The translations under genes were made by a program, and so were the position numbers. A stretch of 64,000 nt of DNA from Candidatus Doudnabacteria bacterium (lineage in GTDB: Bacteria; Patescibacteriota; Doudnabacteria; UBA920; O2-02-FULL-48-8), in contig JBBCGO010000001.1 in assembly GCA_037200925.1 (NCBI GenBank), positions 511,698-575,697 of the forward strand, given 5' to 3'. A model generated the notes under the pieces. The model was given only the letters and a program-made list of their open reading frames with translations, had not been told where the DNA came from and made no database searches. This document shows positions 57,798-64,000 of this stretch, in pieces (within the stretch, counting starts at the first letter, position 1; each line of letters begins with the position of its first letter).

Positions 57798-59321
57798 TTA
57801 AATACTCAACTGATTATCCATGCGGGTAGTGATCGTTCCGCCGGACGGCAACGAAAGGTCCAAACTGTTCGCCGGTACAACTTCTTTCAGTTTCAATCCC
57901 CAGGAATTAAACACATCCATGCTGGGGATGCCGACCCTGCTGCTGTCCTTCGCCATATAGATCGTGCCGTGGTCATTGATAAGCGTTCCGTCCGGATGAG
58001 CAATGCTTGAATTTGATATTGGCGGCAAGGTGACCATAAATGAAGTGTCTCCGTCAGCCGCATTGGCAAATGAATAGCCCAATTCCAGGAACGCCGGGGC
58101 ATTGGTGAAACCCGTGCGCAAACCATTGGTAATCAGATAGATCGTACCGTGGTCATTTATCAAAGAACCGTTCCTTGGCGGTATAAAATAAGTTGTGGTT
58201 GTATTTGCTCCTGTGGGTGTGTAAGTTGTCAGAGGTAAACTCATATCATCGGCAGTCGCGATGATGACCGTTTCCCACTGGTTAAAACCATATGACAAAA
58301 AAGCTCCGGCAGAAGTATACGGACTTCGGTGACCTGATTGAATTCTGTATACCGTCCCATCCGGTCCTAAGACGTTCGTATTATCGGGATGAGGAAATAA
58401 ACTCGCCCCGTTCGCGTTCACGGTCAGACTAAATTGCTTTGTCTTCACCAAGCCCATATTATTATCCAAGCTCAAAGTGATATTATACGTTCCGGCAACC
58501 GTAGAGGTGCCGGCCAGACTGATATCATTCGTCGCATTGGCGCCTATTATCGTGGTAACAGAAGTGACGGGTGAAGGCCCGTCCACAATCGGCATGCCGA
58601 TTCCCGGCGGAAGCCCTACATAACGGACAACGATCCCTGAATTGCCGGATTGAGCAAAGGATACGTTAGCTGAATACGGCTGGCCAACCACGGCATTGGG
58701 GAGAGGAGAGGAAGTGGTAATGGAAATACTGCCTGAATTCGGTGAAACTCCCGAACTGGATGAAAACGACGAATCGGCTGATGAAATCGTCATGGTCGGG
58801 CTGATAATTGAATTAAAACCTTGGGTCTGGACTTGATTTCCGGTATCATCGGAGGCGCTAAGTTGATCCAAGAGAAATTGAAATTGAGAGCCGATTGGTG
58901 CATTGCTTCCAAAAAATACCCAAACAACGAAATTTTTGTTTGCACCATTGGCAATAACCCGGGGTGGCGACAAAGTAAACACAGCCGAGCAATTCTCGTC
59001 CATACTTACGGTTTGTCCCAATCGGGACGCAGTATCAGCATCGTAAAGAGTTATCAAAGTAGCGTAATTGCAGAATGAAGTATTAAGAGCGTCCAAACCA
59101 AAACCGATCTGATTGATGGAAACATTGCCTCCCGTTGCTCTGGCATTAAATTTCAGAATTTCAGTGGACGTCCCTGCAATAATGGAAGCGGATGCGGGAC
59201 TGAGCGGACTTAAGATGAGGCCGGCAGAAGAAGTTGTCTGAGCTTGCGCTGGCGTCCATCCTGAAATAATCAGCAAAATCAAGCAAGACGCAAAAATTCT
59301 GGAAAAAATAAATTTTTTCAT
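57798..59321 (-). CDS. Secreted surface protein (507 aa): signal peptide, Ig-like domains, C-terminal triple-repeat module paralogous to 43146..44120
   Basis: GLPPGIGMPIVDGPSP..AGTYNITLSL Ig-like; C-terminal NTNVLGPDGTVYRIQSGHRSPYTSAGAFLSYGFNQW... Confidence 0.7.
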   Translation of the reverse strand: MKKFIFSRIFASCLILLIISGWTPAQAQTTSSAGLILSPLSPASASIIAGTSTEILKFNARATGGNVSINQIGFGLDALNTSFCNYATLITLYDADTASRLGQTVSMDENCSAVFTLSPPRVIANGANKNFVVWVFFGSNAPIGSQFQFLLDQLSASDDTGNQVQTQGFNSIISPTMTISSADSSFSSSSGVSPNSGSISITTSSPLPNAVVGQPYSANVSFAQSGNSGIVVRYVGLPPGIGMPIVDGPSPVTSVTTIIGANATNDISLAGTSTVAGTYNITLSLDNNMGLVKTKQFSLTVNANGASLFPHPDNTNVLGPDGTVYRIQSGHRSPYTSAGAFLSYGFNQWETVIIATADDMSLPLTTYTPTGANTTTTYFIPPRNGSLINDHGTIYLITNGLRTGFTNAPAFLELGYSFANAADGDTSFMVTLPPISNSSIAHPDGTLINDHGTIYMAKDSSRVGIPSMDVFNSWGLKLKEVVPANSLDLSLPSGGTITTRMDNQLSI

Positions 59322-59329
59322 TTTAAAAA

Positions 59330-59695
59330 TTATGGGATGACTATCACGGAACCATGGGTTGTCGGATTCAAATGGTCATGGAACCCCCAGGTCCCGAGTT
59401 TCGTAAACGTGTAAGAATAGGTACTGCCGGGTGTTACGGGCTGCAAAGCGTCAAAGCCGGGCAGATCAGTATGGGTCGGGTGCGGGTTTGAGGCCGGCCA
59501 ATGCCCTTCTGAGTCTGTATTTTTAAAAATAACGGTAGCTCCTTGTTTGATTGTAACCGCGGCCGGATTAAACCCTTTTGATGTCATGTCAATTTCCGGA
59601 GTTTGGCTCACGGCTTGAGTTGTAGTTTGGGCCTGTTTATTGCATGCAGCCGCCAGAAGCATGAGCCCGAAAACCGCAACAAATATTTTTTTCAT
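59330..59695 (-). CDS. Cupredoxin-like lipoprotein with His-rich candidate metal site (EGHWP, HDHL, HG)
   Basis: Lipobox LAAAC; beta-rich AAVTIKQGATVIFKNTD...GSTYSYTF typical of cupredoxin fold; no Cys ligand. Confidence 0.5.
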   Translation of the reverse strand: MKKIFVAVFGLMLLAAACNKQAQTTTQAVSQTPEIDMTSKGFNPAAVTIKQGATVIFKNTDSEGHWPASNPHPTHTDLPGFDALQPVTPGSTYSYTFTKLGTWGFHDHLNPTTHGSVIVIP

Positions 59696-60933
59696 TAAAT
59701 TCCCCTGTCGCGCATGGCTTCCGCTATGCGATTAATCGCCAAAATAAATGCGGCCGTCCGAAAATCTGTATTGTATTTTTCTCTGGATGACAAAACATTT
59801 TGCCAAGCTTCTGTCATATAAACTGTCAATTTTTTCAAAACTTCCGTTTTGGTCCAGTAATAGCCGCTTAAGTTCTGCGACCACTCCAGATAGGAGGTCG
59901 CCACTCCCCCGGAGTTCGACAAGACATCCGGAATAACCCAGATCCCTTTCTTGTGCAAAATTATATCAGCTTCGGGCGTGGTCGGGCCATTGGCCATTTC
60001 AATAATCACTTTGGCCCTGATCTTTTTGGCGTTGCCTTTATGAATTTGGTTTTCCAAAGCGGCCGGCACCAGGACGTCCACGGGCAGTTCCAATAATTTT
60101 TCATTGCTCACATCAATTGTACCCGGAAATCCTTGCAGCATACGGTTTTCCTCTTTATATTGATGGATTTTTTTTATATCCAATCCGCGGGGATTATAAA
60201 TTCCGCCTTTGGAATCTGACAAGGCCACGACTTTAAACGCGGCCGCAGAAGCAAGCTCGGCAAAAAATGAGCCGACATTACCGAAGCCCTGCACAGCCAG
60301 ACTCGCATTTTTTTTAAGTCCGCCGGCTTTAATTGCCTGTTTCAAGATCTCAACCCCGCCAAATCCCGTGGCCTCTTCCCGCCCCTGTGAGCCTCCCATG
60401 GAAATTGGCTTGCCGGTGATCACAGCCGGCGTAAATTTCCCCACCAGCTTGGAGTATTCATCCACCATCCAACCCATGATCTCTGGGGTCGTGTTGACGT
60501 CCGGCGCCGGCACATCCACGTCCGGTCCGATATTTTTATAGATTAGATCGATAAATTTCCGGCTCATCCGCTCCAGCTCGGGTTTCGATAATTTTTTCGG
60601 ATCAACTGCTATTCCGCCTTTGCCCCCGCCGTAAGGTACGCCGACCACGGCGTTTTTAATGCTCATCCAAAATGCCAAAGCCTTGACTTCGTCCAGATCC
60701 ACCTGGGGATGATACCTAAGCCCTCCTTTGAACGGCCCCCGGGCGTCATTGTATTGCACCCGCAATCCCTGAAAAATTTTCACTTCTCCGTTATCCATCT
60801 TCAATGGTATCGAAACTGAAATAACGCGAGTCGGCTGTTTCAGCAAAGCTAAGACTTGCTTATCAAGCTTTAAAACTGCCGCGGCATTTTCCAGCTGCTG
60901 CATTGCTGATTTGAAGGGATTGATTTTTGGCAT
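59695..60933 (-). CDS. gdhA: Glutamate dehydrogenase (Glu/Leu/Phe/Val DH family)
   Basis: GGGKGG(I) motif, Rossmann GFGNVG. Confidence 0.9.
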   Translation of the reverse strand: MPKINPFKSAMQQLENAAAVLKLDKQVLALLKQPTRVISVSIPLKMDNGEVKIFQGLRVQYNDARGPFKGGLRYHPQVDLDEVKALAFWMSIKNAVVGVPYGGGKGGIAVDPKKLSKPELERMSRKFIDLIYKNIGPDVDVPAPDVNTTPEIMGWMVDEYSKLVGKFTPAVITGKPISMGGSQGREEATGFGGVEILKQAIKAGGLKKNASLAVQGFGNVGSFFAELASAAAFKVVALSDSKGGIYNPRGLDIKKIHQYKEENRMLQGFPGTIDVSNEKLLELPVDVLVPAALENQIHKGNAKKIRAKVIIEMANGPTTPEADIILHKKGIWVIPDVLSNSGGVATSYLEWSQNLSGYYWTKTEVLKKLTVYMTEAWQNVLSSREKYNTDFRTAAFILAINRIAEAMRDRGI

Positions 60934-60964
60934 ATTCCATTTCTTTCTTTAGTTCGGAGCGCCC

Positions 60965-61894
60965 TTATCCCTGATCCATATGCAGATATTTTTCCACGTC
61001 CATGGCTGCCATGCAGCCCATGCCGGCGGCTGTAACTGCTTGCCTGTAGCGGTAATCGCGCACATCTCCCGCTACGAACACTCCGTCAATGCTGGTCTTG
61101 GTTTGATCTTTAGGAACGATATAACCCTTGGCATCCAAATCAATTTGCCCGGCGAAAATTTCCGTGTTGGGTTTATGGCCGATAGCGATAAAAACTCCTT
61201 CGATAGGGCGTTCTTCGATTTGACCGGTTTTGATGTCCTTAACTTTCACCCCGGTCAAATGATCACCGCCCAAAAATTCTTCAACTGTTTTATTAAATTC
61301 AATGGTGATTTTTGAATTGGTTTTGGCGCGGTCCTGCATGATCTGGGATGCGCGTAACTTATCGCTGCGGTTTAAGACAGTTACTTTCTTGGCAAACTTG
61401 GTCAGGTACAAAGCCTCTTCCATGGCCGCATCCCCGCCGCCGACGACAATGATGTCTTTTTCCTTGAAAAAGAAACCGTCACAGGTGGCGCAGGAAGAAA
61501 TGCCCTTGCCGCGAAATTTTTCTTCCGACGGCAACCCGAGCCAGATGGAAGAAGCGCCCGTCGCCGCGATAATGCTTTCGCCCTGGTAAGTTTTATCGCC
61601 GACAGTCACCTTAAAAGGTTTTTGGCCAAAATCAACTTTTGTCGCATCCTCAAAAATTATCTCCGCGCCAAAACGTTTCGCCTGTTCGATCATCTTCTGC
61701 ATCAGTTCAGGGCCCTGGATGCCGGAAGGAAATCCCGGGAAATTTTCCACATCAGTAGTGATCATCAATTGCCCGCCATAAATAAGCCCCCCGATGACAA
61801 GAGGTTTCAGATTAGCCCTGGCCGCATATAAAGCCGCCGTCAGTCCCGCCGGGCCGGAACCGATGATTATTACTTTTCTTGTTTCTGTATCCAT
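60965..61894 (-). CDS. trxB: Thioredoxin-disulfide reductase
   Basis: GSGPAGLTAALYAAR, redox CATCDGFFF. Confidence 0.9.
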   Translation of the reverse strand: MDTETRKVIIIGSGPAGLTAALYAARANLKPLVIGGLIYGGQLMITTDVENFPGFPSGIQGPELMQKMIEQAKRFGAEIIFEDATKVDFGQKPFKVTVGDKTYQGESIIAATGASSIWLGLPSEEKFRGKGISSCATCDGFFFKEKDIIVVGGGDAAMEEALYLTKFAKKVTVLNRSDKLRASQIMQDRAKTNSKITIEFNKTVEEFLGGDHLTGVKVKDIKTGQIEERPIEGVFIAIGHKPNTEIFAGQIDLDAKGYIVPKDQTKTSIDGVFVAGDVRDYRYRQAVTAAGMGCMAAMDVEKYLHMDQG

Positions 61895-61895
61895 A

Positions 61896-62852
61896 TTATT
61901 TAACTCTCTTAATTTGCGTCCAATCGCTGGTCAACCCAAAGTTGCCTTTTTTCCTCATCAGCCAATCATAGCACGCCAATGCCGCAGTGGCGCCTTCCCC
62001 CGCTGAGATCACCGCTTGCTTGTAGGTGCTGTTCGTGGCATCGCCGGCCGCAAAGATCCCGTCCGCAGAGGTCGCTTGGCTGGCATCCGCTATTATCTGC
62101 TCCTGCTCATCTAACTTTACTATATTTTTCACCAAATTGGAATCAACCACATACCCGAGCTCGACAAACAAACCGTCCAAAGGAAGTTCTACCTGCTTGC
62201 CTGTTTTTAAATCAAGAAGCTGCAAACCGCTAACCGCGGTTTGCCCCAAAATTTCCTGGATCTGGACGTGCGAAATAAATTCCACATTTTTTTTCTTGAA
62301 CAAAGTCTTGACCAGTCCTGAATTGCCCAAAAACTTCTCGGTTTTCGATAAAACGTAAACTTTTCTTGCGAACTTCGCGCATAACAATCCCGCGTCCGCG
62401 GCAATATCACCGATGCCGGCGATGGCTACGGTTTTTCCTTTGAACAAAGGTGCATCACATGTGGCGCAATAAGAAATTCCCTTGCCTTTCAGCTCTTCTT
62501 CCCCAGGCACGCCCAGATCTTTGGGTTTTTTCCCATAAGCCAAAATCAGGCCTTCGGATTTGTACTGCTTACCGTAAGCTGTGACAATGAAACCTGCGGA
62601 AGAAGGTTTTATTCGGGAAACTTCCGCTTGAATATACTGTGCGCCGAATTTTTCCGCCTGCTTTTTGACCCCATTGACCAGCTCAAAACCGCCGATCGCT
62701 TCTATCCCGGGAAAATTTTGGATCTCATCGGTAAAATTGGCCTGTCCGGCCACATCTTTGCCGATGACCAGGGTTTTTAAGCCCCTGCGGGCTGAATACA
62801 AAGCTGCGGCGAATCCGGCCACTCCGGCCCCCACTATAATCACGTCAAACAT
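61896..62852 (-). CDS. Second thioredoxin-reductase-like flavoprotein (paralog, CATCDAPLF)
   Basis: VGAGVAGFAAALYSARRG, CATCDAP redox motif; 1-nt gap from trxB. Confidence 0.8.
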   Translation of the reverse strand: MFDVIIVGAGVAGFAAALYSARRGLKTLVIGKDVAGQANFTDEIQNFPGIEAIGGFELVNGVKKQAEKFGAQYIQAEVSRIKPSSAGFIVTAYGKQYKSEGLILAYGKKPKDLGVPGEEELKGKGISYCATCDAPLFKGKTVAIAGIGDIAADAGLLCAKFARKVYVLSKTEKFLGNSGLVKTLFKKKNVEFISHVQIQEILGQTAVSGLQLLDLKTGKQVELPLDGLFVELGYVVDSNLVKNIVKLDEQEQIIADASQATSADGIFAAGDATNSTYKQAVISAGEGATAALACYDWLMRKKGNFGLTSDWTQIKRVK

Positions 62853-62965
62853 AAAGCAAATTTCTAATATCTAATTTCTAAATCCTAAACAAATCGCAAA
62901 TCCCAAGCCTTAAAACTTTTTGAAATATATCTTTTGTCATTTTGAATTTATTTAGAATTTAGGAT

Positions 62966-63808
62966 TTAATGCTTAGGATTTCTTTTTGATATCTCATTCG
63001 CCACGACATTTTCCAATAACTTTGCCACTGTAATCGGTCCTACTCCGCCCGGAGTCGGAGTGATCAATGATGCTGTTTTCGCCACGTTTTGAAAATCTAC
63101 ATCTCCATGCATCTTCTTGCCTTTAAATGAAACCCCCGCATCAATGACGATCGCTCCTTTTTTGATCATATTCGCTTTGATCAATTTGGCTTTGCCCACA
63201 CCGGAGATCAAAATGTCAGCAATAAGGGTAATCTTTCTAAGATTCCTGGTGTCTTTATTGCAGGTGGTCAGCGTCACCGGCATGTGGATCAATAAATTGG
63301 TCAATGGCCTGCCGATCAGGTCCCCCTGCCCGACCAAAACAATATGTTTACCGCGAAGATCGATCTTATAATACTTCAAAATTTCCAGTATCGCGCCCGG
63401 GCTCGGCGGAGTCAGGATGTTCTCGGCGATCACCAGTTTGCCCAAGGATTCCCAAGTCAAAAAATCAACATCTATCAAAGGATCAAGAGCATTAAGAACT
63501 TTTTTCTTATCCAGATTCTTGGGCAGCGGCAGCTGAACGATAATGCCGGACAAGTTTTGTTTCTGGATTTTTTTGATCTCAGCGATCAATTTTCCCTCTG
63601 AAATACTGTTTGGGAATTTGTAGAGTGAAAATTTGACGCCGATGCTTAGTGCCGCTTCCTGTTTTTTGCGGACATAGGTTTCCGAGGGTCTGTCATCTCC
63701 CACCAAAACCACTGCCAAATGCGGATGCAAACCCAAACTTCGGATCTGATCCTTCAACTTTTTTAAAAGCTTACCCGCGATGGTTTTACCCTCAGCTATT
63801 GTCGCCAT
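62966..63808 (-). CDS. folD: Bifunctional methylenetetrahydrofolate dehydrogenase/cyclohydrolase
   Basis: YVRKKQEAA...GVGPITVAKLLEN. Confidence 0.9.
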   Translation of the reverse strand: MATIAEGKTIAGKLLKKLKDQIRSLGLHPHLAVVLVGDDRPSETYVRKKQEAALSIGVKFSLYKFPNSISEGKLIAEIKKIQKQNLSGIIVQLPLPKNLDKKKVLNALDPLIDVDFLTWESLGKLVIAENILTPPSPGAILEILKYYKIDLRGKHIVLVGQGDLIGRPLTNLLIHMPVTLTTCNKDTRNLRKITLIADILISGVGKAKLIKANMIKKGAIVIDAGVSFKGKKMHGDVDFQNVAKTASLITPTPGGVGPITVAKLLENVVANEISKRNPKH

Positions 63809-63866
63809 ACAGTTTTTATTGTACCATATTACTTTGGTAACTCTTAGGCTCTTCTATCGATTAATA

Positions 63867-64000
63867 TATGCAAGAAAATGACGTACAAAACCTGATCCGC
63901 GCGGCCCAGCAGGGTGATTCGGACGCGTTTGGACAAATTTACAACTTGTACGCCAAACAGATTTATAATTTCTTGTTCAATAAGATCCGCCACCAGCAAA
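63867..64000 (+). CDS. ECF/sigma-70 family RNA polymerase sigma factor, N-terminal 44 aa only (runs off window)
   Basis: MQENDVQNLIRAAQQGDSDAFGQIYNLYAKQIYNFLFNKI region-2-like. Confidence 0.65.

Noticed and set aside
1-64000. CRISPR arrays, rRNA operons, transposases/IS elements, restriction-modification or other canonical defence systems
   Set aside because: No direct-repeat/spacer periodicity, no rRNA-like stretches, and no ORF with recognisable transposase, integrase, Cas, methyltransferase or nuclease-defence motifs was seen.

Overview
This window is a gene-dense chromosomal segment of about 49-50 % GC, in which nearly every ORF is a recognisable housekeeping gene.

Gene content and organisation:
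- The window opens with a partial class II ribonucleotide reductase (nrdJ) and its repressor nrdR.
- Next comes a block that is clearly richer in GC, about 55-60 % between roughly 4.1 and 11.1 kb. It carries purC-purE, purB and pyrE-pyrF-pyrC-pyrD, and abuts ftsA-ftsZ.
- After that come rpsU-yqeY, hisS, lepB, tRNA-Val, an LCP-der-pth operon, dprA-capA-topA, dus, ndh, rluB, a VIT-family transporter and tRNA-Lys.
- The full HrcA/CIRCE heat-shock regulon (hrcA-grpE-dnaK, a DUF3467 gene, dnaJ) is present, as are uvrA, uvrC and secG.
- Further on are a family-5 peptide SBP, tRNA-Leu, RNase J, trpS, pgm, ychF, an LmbE-like deacetylase, rpsF-ssb-rpsR, efp, gdh, two tandem trxB paralogs, folD, and a partial ECF-type sigma factor at the right edge.

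Organism:
- The gene repertoire and synteny (a DUF3467 gene beside dnaK, LCP-der-pth, many small hypothetical genes) suggest a reduced-genome, possibly Patescibacteria-like bacterium.
- That assignment is inference only.

What is absent:
- I found no CRISPR array, rRNA, integrase/transposase or canonical defence system.

Features that seem most worth a second look:
1. The GC-rich nucleotide-biosynthesis island, which is flanked by terminator-associated palindromic repeats.
2. Two families of small dispersed palindromic repeats: a 29-bp hairpin unit in three copies, one of them split by an 83-bp insert, and a ~110-140 bp MITE-like unit in two copies, one inside the grpE-dnaK spacer.
3. Two CIRCE operators lying between hrcA and a divergent 59-aa ORF.
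4. A degenerate tandem copy, or att-like duplication, of the tRNA-Leu 3' end.
5. Two paralogous secreted proteins that share a triple-repeat C-terminal module, next to a cupredoxin-like lipoprotein.
6. A Cys-rich periodic-repeat lipoprotein.
7. Several candidate structured leaders (dprA upstream hairpin, efp start-stop leader, a 200-nt GC-rich leader).

Limits: ORF coordinates follow the supplied track, but coordinates of non-ORF elements were counted by hand and may be off by 1-2 nt. All homology calls come from motif recognition, not from searches.
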